Virus record (IMG/VR): IMGVR_UViG_3300028840_001916
Reading direction: 5' to 3' (one strand)
DNA length: 51,041 nucleotides
From: a virus
Numbering within the stretch: position 1 is the stretch's first letter; the number at the start of each line of letters is the position of its first letter. Made by a program: the position numbers and the translations under genes. The notes under the pieces are model-generated. The model was not told the DNA's origin, ran no database searches, and saw only the letters and a list, made by a program, of their open reading frames with translations. Below are positions 17,389 through 25,457 of the stretch, one piece after another.

Positions 17389-17782
17389 CACTACCCCTCC
17401 TATGCTGCTGGGCCGGGTCGTCCTGCTCAAGCATGTAGGTGTTCTCGTCCCACTCGTGCTCGCTTTTGGCAGTCGCTAGAGGGGTGAACTCCCCCAGATA
17501 CACTTGGAATGGCCCCCTAGCTATAATTGCGTACCCATACCCAACCTTCAACTCACGCTTGAGTTGCCCCACCGTCAGAGAGGGCTCGTGCTCCCGGCCG
17601 AGCCCACTACTGTCACAGAACAACTGCCTCTCAAGCTCCCACCCCTCCACTTCCGGCACGACAAAATCCCCACCAAACTCCTCCGGGTCTGACAGGTTAG
17701 GGAAGGGGAACGGCGGCCACCCCTCCATTTCCTCCTTACTCTGGATCAGGTACGGCTCCTTCTTGTTATTGTCCTTACACAT
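17372..17782 (-). CDS. Hypothetical acidic protein (136 aa)
   Basis: SD GGAAGGAG upstream of ATG 17780-17782. Confidence 0.7.
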   Translation of the reverse strand: MCKDNNKKEPYLIQSKEEMEGWPPFPFPNLSDPEEFGGDFVVPEVEGWELERQLFCDSSGLGREHEPSLTVGQLKRELKVGYGYAIIARGPFQVYLGEFTPLATAKSEHEWDENTYMLEQDDPAQQHRRGSDGQDE

Positions 17783-17809
17783 CAGACTTCAACTCCTTCC
17801 TTGGCGTGC

Positions 17810-18283
17810 CTACGCCTGGTGGGCCTCCATCTCCTTAGTAGAAGCATCCCAATCCTCCTGCCTGATCTCCAACTCAAGGACGGACATGCACTTTATCTTA
17901 CGTCCCACCACGCCTTGGAGGCCGACGGCAATTACGTCCCTACACCTGAAGTGGACTCGGACTACCCTCAGCTGCCTCAAATTAACTCTACGGGGTGCCT
18001 CCATATACTCCAGCCACCTGTGCACGTCGCTCCGGCTCAGGCATACGTGAAGGCCCGCCCCGGACATATACTGCCCCCTCACACTACGGTGGGTCAACTG
18101 AATATTTCCCACACGAACTGAGGACAAACCTGGCCCGTACAATAAACTACCGCCAGGAGTAAGGCTCTCTCCCGTATGGAGGTATGGGCGACCATCTGGG
18201 TACATAGCCTTCCATCCTTCCATCACCGTCTCGCCATTGGCACGAACCGTCAATGTCTTCGCTAAGTCAACCACAAAACACAT
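17810..18283 (-). CDS. Hypothetical protein (157 aa), DUF7666-like pattern (weak)
   Basis: GWKAM...GAGLHVCLSRSDVHRW...KIKCMSVLELEI resembles the phage family GYKaf...G.GfH.c... . From memory only. Confidence 0.6.
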   Translation of the reverse strand: MCFVVDLAKTLTVRANGETVMEGWKAMYPDGRPYLHTGESLTPGGSLLYGPGLSSVRVGNIQLTHRSVRGQYMSGAGLHVCLSRSDVHRWLEYMEAPRRVNLRQLRVVRVHFRCRDVIAVGLQGVVGRKIKCMSVLELEIRQEDWDASTKEMEAHQA

Positions 18284-18286
18284 GCT

Positions 18287-18652
18287 TCACCTGACCTTTT
18301 CTATCCAGGCTTCCAGCACACTGTCCTGGATATGCTCGAATGCCGCCCTGCAATGCCTAATCTCATCCCGATTGCCGTCGATGATGGCCTGAAGATACTT
18401 CCTCAAGAGCCGGTCAAATTCAGTAACCGATTCTGAATCCGTACACTCCTGCTCCACTCGGCCTTCTGTACTGAAGGACTGAATTCCAGCACCTTCCCCG
18501 CTAGGTCTCTCCAACGGGCCACCCACTTTGCAGTGATCGGGTTGTCCCATACCCATAGTGTCCTCCCCAAGGACTGGCAACTCCTGCCTATTCCCTGCTT
18601 CCCCTGGAGGAACCTCAGGAGCACCTCTTCTTCTCGGAGGTAATTCATACAT
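18287..18652 (-). CDS. Hypothetical protein. The C-terminal ~55-90 codons are convincing; the N-terminal part is doubtful.
   Basis: C-terminus TEFDRLLRKYLQAIIDGNRDEIRHCRAAFEHIQDSVLEAWIEKVR is protein-like. The 5' part has lower GC3 than the overlapping frame. Alternative starts at 18556 (SD GGAGG) or 18457 (GTG). Confidence 0.4.
   Translation of the reverse strand: MYELPPRRRGAPEVPPGEAGNRQELPVLGEDTMGMGQPDHCKVGGPLERPSGEGAGIQSFSTEGRVEQECTDSESVTEFDRLLRKYLQAIIDGNRDEIRHCRAAFEHIQDSVLEAWIEKVR
18403..18648 (-). CDS. Alternative-frame ORF (81 aa) that may be the real product of 18403-18648
   Basis: Higher GC3 by hand count (roughly two thirds versus about half) and more protein-like sequence than the 121-aa frame over the same DNA. 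Confidence 0.4.
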   Translation of the reverse strand: MNYLREEEVLLRFLQGKQGIGRSCQSLGRTLWVWDNPITAKWVARWRDLAGKVLEFSPSVQKAEWSRSVRIQNRLLNLTGS

Positions 18653-18665
18653 ACGTTCCCTCCAC

Positions 18666-19073
18666 TTAGGCTGCCGCCGTCTGTAGTGCTTCCAAGCTAA
18701 CCGTCAACGCTCTCTGATGCTCAGGACAGAGGCCGTCGGCGTCACACCCACACCTTGTCCTTAGTGGAGGGTTCCCCCGCGTCCCCCAGGCCATCCACGC
18801 TAGGAAAGCCGCCAGCTTAATTGTACCGTCCTTTTCCCGAGCTGGCCACCACTCTGCCGGAGCCGTACCTATCTCCCCCCGGCTATCCAGGAACACGCAC
18901 CCATCCTTATACCGACGAATGACGATATGCTCGGGCTTGCCCCCACTGGCCCTCACTACTTCTACTGGGAGGGCTGGCACCATGTCCAGCACATCGTACA
19001 TATTCACGATGAGGGCGTCCCAAAGCTGCTCCTTACGTGAGAACCGAGAACCGAACTGTCTCTTACTTAGCAT
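18666..19073 (-). CDS. Hypothetical protein (135 aa)
   Basis: ATGCTAA overlap with the upstream gene. Confidence 0.7.
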   Translation of the reverse strand: MLSKRQFGSRFSRKEQLWDALIVNMYDVLDMVPALPVEVVRASGGKPEHIVIRRYKDGCVFLDSRGEIGTAPAEWWPAREKDGTIKLAAFLAWMAWGTRGNPPLRTRCGCDADGLCPEHQRALTVSLEALQTAAA

Positions 19074-19327
19074 GACTTTTCTCCCTGTCGGGGGCCACAG
19101 AGCCCGCGAACGTCTGGGACTGGGCGTACCTCCTCTCGCCTACTGTCATTACCATCTATGAGTTCCAGCTCGCTAGACGGTACCGAGACGACATGTAGAG
19201 GCATATCAATACTCGCCACGTAGTAACCCTCACTACGGAGGTAAGTATTCCCTCTTATAACTAGCCCTACCATAGTGTGGGACGCACCCTCCGAGTAGAA
19301 GACCTGATCTCCGGTATAGAACTTCAT
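19067..19327 (-). CDS. Hypothetical protein (86 aa)
   Basis: CTAAGTAGGAG SD before ATG 19325-19327. Confidence 0.7.
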   Translation of the reverse strand: MKFYTGDQVFYSEGASHTMVGLVIRGNTYLRSEGYYVASIDMPLHVVSVPSSELELIDGNDSRREEVRPVPDVRGLCGPRQGEKSC

Positions 19328-19342
19328 CTGCCTAACTCCTAC

Positions 19343-19696
19343 TTAGCTGACCCAGACCCATCCCTGCTGCGGCAATTCGCCGTGCCTCTCCTCCTCCTTG
19401 ATCTCCCCCTTGGGGATGACGAGCACATCCTTCTCCTCCTTATACTTCTCCACGTCCATGCCGCCCCGCCCGAAAGTCTCGTCGTTCCTATCGAAGTCAG
19501 TCGCCTGCTCCAGTGTCTCCGACTCAGAGACACTGTAGTCCTCCCCACAACAGCTACACGTTATCCTATTGGGATTATGTCCGAACCTGTTGTAGAAGAT
19601 AACCTCCGCCTCTGCTTGCGGGGCCTCAACATAGATGAACTGCCACTTCTCCTTGAGGCCGCCACCACTATGCATGTCCATGAACCGCGTCCACAT
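19343..19696 (-). CDS. Hypothetical protein (117 aa; conserved-looking MDMHSGGG...TCSCCGEDYSV motif)
   Basis: SD AGGAGGAG 5 nt before ATG 19694-19696. The track start at 19765 was trimmed. Confidence 0.65.
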   Translation of the reverse strand: MWTRFMDMHSGGGLKEKWQFIYVEAPQAEAEVIFYNRFGHNPNRITCSCCGEDYSVSESETLEQATDFDRNDETFGRGGMDVEKYKEEKDVLVIPKGEIKEEERHGELPQQGWVWVS

Positions 19697-20108
19697 TTTG
19701 CTCCTCCTTCTGGATAGGCCACACGTAGGGCAGCCCCGGCTCCTCTGTCCAACAGAACTGGCCATACCACTCCGGGTCTTTCTCCAGGAGTTGACTCCTA
19801 TGTGAGGCGTGTACGTCCTCTCGTCCTAACCAGGAGGGCACTAACGCTCCGATAGTCACCTTTGGCACGACGATGTGGTTCGTATGTCCCCGCTTCTTCC
19901 ACTCGGCGATACACTCGGACAAGTAGCAGGCCAAGCCCCACTCTGCTCCCTCCCACATCTTGACCGCCGGATGCTTCTTCCATCCATGTAGTTCTCCCAG
20001 GAGCGTCCTAAGTATCACTTTTGCCTCATTCCGCTGGTTCCCCAGCCGTCGTGCATCCAGCACAGACACCGACTGGACATAATTCGGATACGGTAAGAAT
20101 GTCTGCAA
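19668..20108 (-). CDS. Pyrimidine-dimer DNA glycosylase-like protein (146 aa)
   Basis: N-terminus MQTFLPYPNYVQSVSVLDARRLGNQRNEAKVIL...HPAVKMW...C..EWKKRGH matches my memory of the MQTFLPYPDF..LD.RRLGKQR.E family. TTG start gives the family-typical N-terminus. Confidence 0.5.
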   Translation of the reverse strand: MQTFLPYPNYVQSVSVLDARRLGNQRNEAKVILRTLLGELHGWKKHPAVKMWEGAEWGLACYLSECIAEWKKRGHTNHIVVPKVTIGALVPSWLGREDVHASHRSQLLEKDPEWYGQFCWTEEPGLPYVWPIQKEEQNVDAVHGHA

Positions 20109-20129
20109 CGTACACCTACCCTTCTCCCG

Positions 20130-20201
20130 TTACAGGTCAATGCCGTTCAACCACCACATGAATACCCCAACCAACATACCTACTACCATCCAATGTCCCA
20201 T
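20130..20201 (-). CDS. Micro-ORF, 23 aa, single TM-like peptide (MGHWMVVGMLVGVFMWWLNGIDL)
   Basis: SD GGAGG 6 nt before ATG 20199-20201. Fills the otherwise empty 106-nt gap. Below the track cutoff. Confidence 0.4.
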   Translation of the reverse strand: MGHWMVVGMLVGVFMWWLNGIDL

Positions 20202-20214
20202 GCTGCACCTCCAC

Positions 20215-20421
20215 TTAGGAAAGGACCTTCTGGACCTGGCCGCCCTTGGCTAACACTTGAGCGTACCACGTATGAGGCTTCGGATAGTGAGGCCCCTCCA
20301 CTGCCACCCTACCATCCTGCGGACAAGGGAACGGTCCAGGACTAAAGACAGACACATCCTGGCCGGCCTTGACCGCCTCCTTCAGAGCCTTCTTCGTCTT
20401 GAAATTGGGCTGAACATACAT
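20215..20421 (-). CDS. Hypothetical protein (68 aa)
   Basis: CTAAGTTGGAG SD before ATG 20419-20421. Confidence 0.7.
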   Translation of the reverse strand: MYVQPNFKTKKALKEAVKAGQDVSVFSPGPFPCPQDGRVAVEGPHYPKPHTWYAQVLAKGGQVQKVLS

Positions 20422-20627
20422 ACTGGCATCTCCAACTTAGACTGCTACTGGGCACGGCCGGAACGTCCAGCCGACACGTCAAGCGTACCACGCAAACGGC
20501 CATCGGGCAAATCGAAAATCGCTGAAAATTTTACAGTCGCACCGAGCCCCTACAGATGTGCCGCGAGCCCCGCATCCGTGCAGATGCGTCCTCCCACAAA
20601 TTCAAACTGCCCCTGCTAGTCGTGTCG

Positions 20628-22067
20628 TTAGGAGATGGTATGCGTGTCGGCCGTCTCCCCGTTCGTGCCGTCACCCGCCAGGTATGCCCTGATGTAGTCT
20701 ATCTTCACCGAGGTCGTCCCGGTTACAGTCACCTCAACGTGCCCCGAATTCTGCACATACGTCGAGCCTTCATCCGTGTAGCCGCCCTGTGTCTTGAACC
20801 CCCACCCATATGTATCATCCCTCGGCATCGGACACGTCACGTACACCAGACCATCCAACTCTTCATAGGCATAGAAATGATCGTGCCCCTTGAACACCGC
20901 CGTCACACCCGCAGCCACTAACATGTCATGGATGGACCCATACGTCCACCCCACTCGCTCTGCCGTAAACCCCTCCGAGTCGTCCAGGTTCTTGCCGCCC
21001 CACTCAAAGTACGGCACATACTGAATCCCCCCCCGACCATAGGGCGTGATGCTCCCCTCTACCTGCCTCCCTCCCACCAACTGATGCACGAAGACGAACT
21101 TCCACGTCTTACTACTCGCGGCCAGAATGCTATACAGAAGATTGTATTGCCCCAGCCCCAAGGTCCAATTCCACCCGTCCTCTTCATAAGCGGAGGTGTC
21201 GTCAGCCGTCCCGTTCGAGTGGGGCTTCGTCCCAGTCCTCCAGTACGGGTCCAACACAACAAAGAGTGCGTCCCCCCACTCCCAAGCGTAGACCGACTCA
21301 CTCGTGCGTTTGAAGAAGTCCCCCACCGGCAGTACACTAGCCCCGGCTTGCCAGAAGTCCGCCGACCAGTTCGGATTGACGATGTACTTCTGCCGGGCGG
21401 CCAACGCCAGGTCCGGCGTCGGATCACCATGCTCAGTCCGCCACTTCTGCTCGCCCTCGTGGTTCCCCTGCACAAAGAAGAGCGGGCAAGCCATCCCAAG
21501 GCTTCCAATCAGGTCCCTATACTCACGGTGCCTACGTTCTGCTTCGTGCTGCGTCCTAGCAGACCCCCAGCTTATGTTCTCACAGTGGATCGAGTCCCCT
21601 AGATCAAAGAAGAAGTCCAGCCCAGCATCAATCATATTCTGATGCGTGATGCTGATAAGCTCAATCCGATCCGTATACCCGTTCCGCTTACTGCCGTGGG
21701 CATGGTGATCCGCCACTATCCCGAACTTAAATGTTGAGAGAGCGGCTCTCTGCGTCCGAAAGCTACACTCCGAGGACGACATGCTTACTGCTCCGCCGGG
21801 CATCCGGTACAGCAGCTTTGCCTGGTGCAGTGTATCCGCCGCTAACCCCGTCAGGTCCTCCTCGATTACTTCCCCGGCCGCATACGAGGTCCACGCCGTA
21901 GGTTCAGCCGGATACGCCCCGCCATCTTCCCTAACGACAATGCCCCCCTCCACGGAGGCATCCATCGTCAAGTTCACTGTAGCTGTAGTATCGGCGACTT
22001 TGCCCGCGATGATAGGCACAGACATGCGGGGAGTATTTGGGGCCGACGTGTGCGATCTCTGGCCCAT
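20628..22067 (-). CDS. Purple-acid-phosphatase-like calcineurin-type metallophosphoesterase (479 aa)
   Basis: Motifs GIVADHHAHG, GDSIHCE, GNHEGE and GHDHFY in canonical order. The N-terminal ~110 aa is FN3-like (...DLTGLAADTLHQAKLLYRM...CSFRTQ), as in PAP N-domains. No signal peptide seen. Confidence 0.75.
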   Translation of the reverse strand: MGQRSHTSAPNTPRMSVPIIAGKVADTTATVNLTMDASVEGGIVVREDGGAYPAEPTAWTSYAAGEVIEEDLTGLAADTLHQAKLLYRMPGGAVSMSSSECSFRTQRAALSTFKFGIVADHHAHGSKRNGYTDRIELISITHQNMIDAGLDFFFDLGDSIHCENISWGSARTQHEAERRHREYRDLIGSLGMACPLFFVQGNHEGEQKWRTEHGDPTPDLALAARQKYIVNPNWSADFWQAGASVLPVGDFFKRTSESVYAWEWGDALFVVLDPYWRTGTKPHSNGTADDTSAYEEDGWNWTLGLGQYNLLYSILAASSKTWKFVFVHQLVGGRQVEGSITPYGRGGIQYVPYFEWGGKNLDDSEGFTAERVGWTYGSIHDMLVAAGVTAVFKGHDHFYAYEELDGLVYVTCPMPRDDTYGWGFKTQGGYTDEGSTYVQNSGHVEVTVTGTTSVKIDYIRAYLAGDGTNGETADTHTIS

Positions 22068-22079
22068 ACCACTACTCCC

Positions 22080-22664
22080 CTAGTTGGCCTCAGCAGACCA
22101 CCTTATGATGTCGGAGGTAACGTCCTGGGTAAATCCGGGGCTTGCCACTAGAGCTGACATATCCGCCGGCAGCCCATCACCATACGTCCTGCTCATGTAG
22201 AAGAACCTGGCTGAATCCTGACCTATCGACGCTCTCCCGCACCTGGCGTACACGGCGGGCTGTGCTACCCTGGCCATGTTCAGGACCGTGCTCGACAGCA
22301 GCAACGCCCACACCCACGGAGTCGGAAACCTCGTCGGCCCAAGAGGAATCAGAACAGCCCCAGTAGCCGCCGACAAGTCGTTCCCGCTGTCATGTGCCAG
22401 CCTTACATCCGGCCAGCCATCAGCCCCCACCGTGTAGATGCCCAGGTCCATCGTCCCCACTGCGGTAGAGGTCTGGTCCACCCCTATATTCTGCCACACC
22501 GACTGCCCGACATAGATAGGCCGTGCGTAGATCGTATTGGCCAGGATAGCCACGTTCCCAGTCGTATCGCCTTGAAATCCCGGCTCACACGTATACCACA
22601 GGTCAGCTATAGTCGGCTGATCCACGATGGAGATACGTCGGCGTACTTCGAGACCACCCTTCAT
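22080..22664 (-). CDS. Hypothetical beta-rich protein (194 aa)
   Basis: SD GGAGG 6 nt before ATG 22662-22664. The GTG-start extension to 22715 was trimmed. Confidence 0.65.
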   Translation of the reverse strand: MKGGLEVRRRISIVDQPTIADLWYTCEPGFQGDTTGNVAILANTIYARPIYVGQSVWQNIGVDQTSTAVGTMDLGIYTVGADGWPDVRLAHDSGNDLSAATGAVLIPLGPTRFPTPWVWALLLSSTVLNMARVAQPAVYARCGRASIGQDSARFFYMSRTYGDGLPADMSALVASPGFTQDVTSDIIRWSAEAN

Positions 22665-22687
22665 CTTCTGCCTCCGGCTACCTCTTC

Positions 22688-23548
22688 CTACCTCTTTAGC
22701 ATGGACAGGCCCCACACTTCTGAGCCGTCCACATCAGTAGCAATATACAGGGTTGAGAGATCATGCGGCAGTCCAATACTACCGTCCTCCCCGGCGAAGA
22801 TAGGCATACCCTGTTCGTCCCCCCCGGCCGCGTCCACCGAGTCGTCTCCCACTACCACCATCCCAGGAGAGTCAGCGGGCACAAACAGATTCGTCGCCCC
22901 AGCAATCAACGTACTTGACGTGAGCTGCTTCGCCCCATCTCCTGTGTCCACAGTCTGCCTAAACGTGTACGGATAGTACAGGTTGTCGCTCGGATCGTTC
23001 TCTGGCGTCTTGGCTACGGGCTTCCACAGCACCCCCAGGCTTGCCATCTGGCTCGCGGCGGGGAAGTTGATCTCAAGCACGAGTCGGGCAAAGCCCAACG
23101 TCGGCAGGATAAGTAGCCCAGTCTGGCTGCCCTCAAACGTACATGCCCTGGCTATGTTAGCTCCCTGTCCGCTCCCAAACGTATTCGGATCATACGTTTT
23201 CACTTCCAAGTACGTGCCGGACGGCCACTTGCCAGACGTGATAGGCTGGGCCACCGAATGCGTGCCCAACGTCACCCGTCCCTGCCACAACACCTGCCCA
23301 GGCCCAACCCCACCCTGGTCGTGGTCGAACATCCACCCCGTAATCTGCACGTCAGCTACTTCATTCTCGGCATCGGTGCCGAACATCTTGATCGCCACAG
23401 CACTATAGCCTGGCGGCGGCGAGATCACCCTCTTGAAGGAGTCGGAACCTTCATCCTCGAAGTTATCAGGCTCAAAAGCCGTGACGAACGTATCCTCGTT
23501 GGCTGCGGCGAGGGGCCGACGCCATGTACCCCACTGTTCTGCGGACAT
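22688..23548 (-). CDS. Hypothetical protein (286 aa)
   Basis: ATG 23546-23548 with GGAG upstream. Tightly packed with its neighbours. Confidence 0.7.
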   Translation of the reverse strand: MSAEQWGTWRRPLAAANEDTFVTAFEPDNFEDEGSDSFKRVISPPPGYSAVAIKMFGTDAENEVADVQITGWMFDHDQGGVGPGQVLWQGRVTLGTHSVAQPITSGKWPSGTYLEVKTYDPNTFGSGQGANIARACTFEGSQTGLLILPTLGFARLVLEINFPAASQMASLGVLWKPVAKTPENDPSDNLYYPYTFRQTVDTGDGAKQLTSSTLIAGATNLFVPADSPGMVVVGDDSVDAAGGDEQGMPIFAGEDGSIGLPHDLSTLYIATDVDGSEVWGLSMLKR

Positions 23549-23554
23549 AGACTC

Positions 23555-24040
23555 TTACTCCGGCTTCTGGAGGTTCTTCAACAGGTCATCCAAGAGCTGT
23601 AGCAGCTTACTCTCCTTCTCCTGGGCTGACAGTTCGGTATTTCGGAGGAGATCAAGCATAGCCTTCCTCAACTCAGGGTCGGCCTCGGCCCGCTTCTCCA
23701 GCTTGGCCGCCAGCTCCCCCTCAAGATCGACTCCTGTAAGGGACAGCTCCAAGTCCACCAACCATACCGGCCCGGCCATCCCTACTACCCTATACCTCGG
23801 GTCGTTCAGCCGTGCGTCCACCGAGCTACTCCCACCGGTAGGGGACAACCCATCCACTGCCTGTAAGGCCAGCGTCTTGGCAATATCCGCTACCTGCCCG
23901 GCTGCCTTCGGCCCTGTCTGCACCACCTCTCCCGCCGGCCCAAGACATCCACAACACAGGATCAAGGACAGGCAGCACAGACTACCAAGTACGACACCTC
24001 GAACTACCCCTAAGCGTCTGCTACTCATTCCGCTACTCAT
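23555..24040 (-). CDS. Predicted lipoprotein (161 aa) with coiled-coil-like charged C-terminus
   Basis: MSSGMSSRRLGVVRGVVLGSLCCLSLILCCGC: n-region, h-region, then Cys cluster. SD GAAGGAGG 9 nt before ATG 24038-24040. Alternative ATG at 24026-24028. Confidence 0.6.
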   Translation of the reverse strand: MSSGMSSRRLGVVRGVVLGSLCCLSLILCCGCLGPAGEVVQTGPKAAGQVADIAKTLALQAVDGLSPTGGSSSVDARLNDPRYRVVGMAGPVWLVDLELSLTGVDLEGELAAKLEKRAEADPELRKAMLDLLRNTELSAQEKESKLLQLLDDLLKNLQKPE

Positions 24041-24043
24041 TCT
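24020..24043. repeat. Tandem 12-nt duplication (GCTACTCATTCC / GCTACTCATTCT)
   Basis: 11/12 identity. On the - strand each copy carries an ATGAGTAG, which creates the stop of the upstream gene and two in-frame starts of the lipoprotein gene. Confidence 0.8.
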
Positions 24044-24392
24044 GCTTGTCCTCCTTCGGGCTGCCGACGAACTTATCCCAGACCGGCAGATGCCTCTCCT
24101 CCAGCTTGTGCTGGGCATCCAGCTTCTTCAGTTCCTTCGAGATGATCTCCCTATGGCTATCGGTAAGTGCCAGCTCCATCGGCTCGTCCTTCGTGTGGTC
24201 CCAGGTCACGCCAGTATTGTTGCCCTTCTCATCCTGGATGTAGCTCATGCTGAGGTGCTCCCTCTCATAGTCGGAGAAGCTCAACAACTCCCTCAGCTCT
24301 CTGATCGTCCGAATCTCCAGGATGCTCCCCGTGAGCGGTCCCAGGACATGCAACAGCGTGATGCGTTCGGTTACATTGAGTTTCATCTTCAT
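24033..24392 (-). CDS. Hypothetical protein (119 aa)
   Basis: SD GAAGGAG. The start is ATG 24390-24392 or, with better spacing, ATG 24384-24386. Confidence 0.7.
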   Translation of the reverse strand: MKMKLNVTERITLLHVLGPLTGSILEIRTIRELRELLSFSDYEREHLSMSYIQDEKGNNTGVTWDHTKDEPMELALTDSHREIISKELKKLDAQHKLEERHLPVWDKFVGSPKEDKQNE

Positions 24393-24427
24393 GCTCCTTC
24401 TTTGTAGTGCCTGAAAGACAAGGTAAA

Positions 24428-24467
24428 GGGGGGCGAGGCCAACCCGTCGGCTGGCGTGTCGCCCCCC
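24428..24467 (-). terminator. Intrinsic terminator candidate after the 325-aa gene
   Basis: GGGGGGCGA (24428-24436) pairs with TCGCCCCCC (24459-24467). On the - transcript it is followed by UUUACCUUGUCUUUC. Confidence 0.5.
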
Positions 24468-24479
24468 CAGGAAGTTACG

Positions 24480-25457
24480 CTACTGAGCGTTACTCAGCAT
24501 GATGTAGTACACCGTGCCGGCGACGTAGCACCTGATCGTATGCGAAACGGCCGCCGAAGACTTGGCAGCGATCATGTTCCCGGCCCCGACGGTAAACCCA
24601 TCGAAGTGGAACAGGCACGCATCATCGTCCGTGTCAGCGGCACCAGTCGCGTCCCCACCGTTCACCACGCGGAAGAACGACAACCGAGTCATCCCGGCCG
24701 GATCAGAGTTAGCCCCGTCGGCATAAATCTCCGCCTGGATGGCTGCATACGTCCCGGTGGGTGCCCAACTCGCCACGTTCGGGATGTGCAGCGTAGCCCT
24801 CATGGCCACGCCCAAGCCCGAGCACTCCGACCCGCCAGCAGCAGCATCGAAGTCCATCGAGATGTGAGCCCCGTGGGCCGTCCCCACGTTCGAGTCCACA
24901 TTCGTAAAGATACGGCAGGCTTCCCCGCCGCCACCTCCGGTCAGAGCCAGCCGCAGGTACATGCCACGGTTGTCACCGGATGCGGCCCCGTTGTCGAAGT
25001 TGAAGTTCAGGAACCGCATGTCCGCCGTATCTTCCGTGACCGGAGACCCCGACGTACCGCACTTAATGACACCACCATCCGTGTTAGCCGCAGCTACGTC
25101 ACACGCCGACAGGTCAATCCGAGCGTCACCATCCAACTTTAGGGCCGATGCTGAGGCGTCCCACTCCATGAAGTCGGCCGCAGCGTTCCCGTAGAACCTG
25201 ATGTCGAACGAGCTGGTCCCGTCGCCGAAGTAAATCTGACTGTCATCAGCGGCGGCCAGCACATCCAGGTTCGTGCCGTCCCACTTCATGGTAACGTCGT
25301 CTGCGTCACCGAAGCCAACCACCACGCTATCGTGGAACCTACACGTCCTGGTCGTCCCATCAGACGTGATGGTAAAGACTTCATGCCCGCCATCAACAAT
25401 AGTCCGGCGATCCGGCCCTGACCCATCATCATGCACAATCGCTCGAAGTTTACCCAC
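24480..25457 (-). CDS. Gly/Asp/Ala/Thr-rich, beta-rich protein (325 aa). Structural-protein-like composition, family not recognised.
   Basis: CTAAGTAGGAG SD 8 nt before GTG 25455-25457. Terminator-like hairpin immediately downstream. Confidence 0.7.
   Translation of the reverse strand: MGKLRAIVHDDGSGPDRRTIVDGGHEVFTITSDGTTRTCRFHDSVVVGFGDADDVTMKWDGTNLDVLAAADDSQIYFGDGTSSFDIRFYGNAAADFMEWDASASALKLDGDARIDLSACDVAAANTDGGVIKCGTSGSPVTEDTADMRFLNFNFDNGAASGDNRGMYLRLALTGGGGGEACRIFTNVDSNVGTAHGAHISMDFDAAAGGSECSGLGVAMRATLHIPNVASWAPTGTYAAIQAEIYADGANSDPAGMTRLSFFRVVNGGDATGAADTDDDACLFHFDGFTVGAGNMIAAKSSAAVSHTIRCYVAGTVYYIMLSNAQ

Noticed and set aside
20422-20627. Promoter or terminator in the 206-nt gap after the phosphoesterase gene: hairpin CGCATC-TGCACG-GATGCG, CGAGCCCC direct repeat, AAAATTTT tract, TAAAAT hexamer.
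   Set aside because: I found no -35/-10 pair with acceptable spacing and no hairpin followed by a U-tract. The gap is probably regulatory, but I cannot assign a specific element.
23433-24407. 324-aa + strand ORF, and similar long antisense ORFs at 4397-5113 (+), 20928-21602 (+), 24456-25142 (+), 36187-37143 (-), 38151-38705 (-) and 37157-37756 (-).
   Set aside because: They lie antisense to well-supported, RBS-led, operon-consistent genes. Their translations are Arg/Pro/Gly/Ser-rich low complexity, typical of shadow ORFs in GC-rich DNA, and they have no SD.
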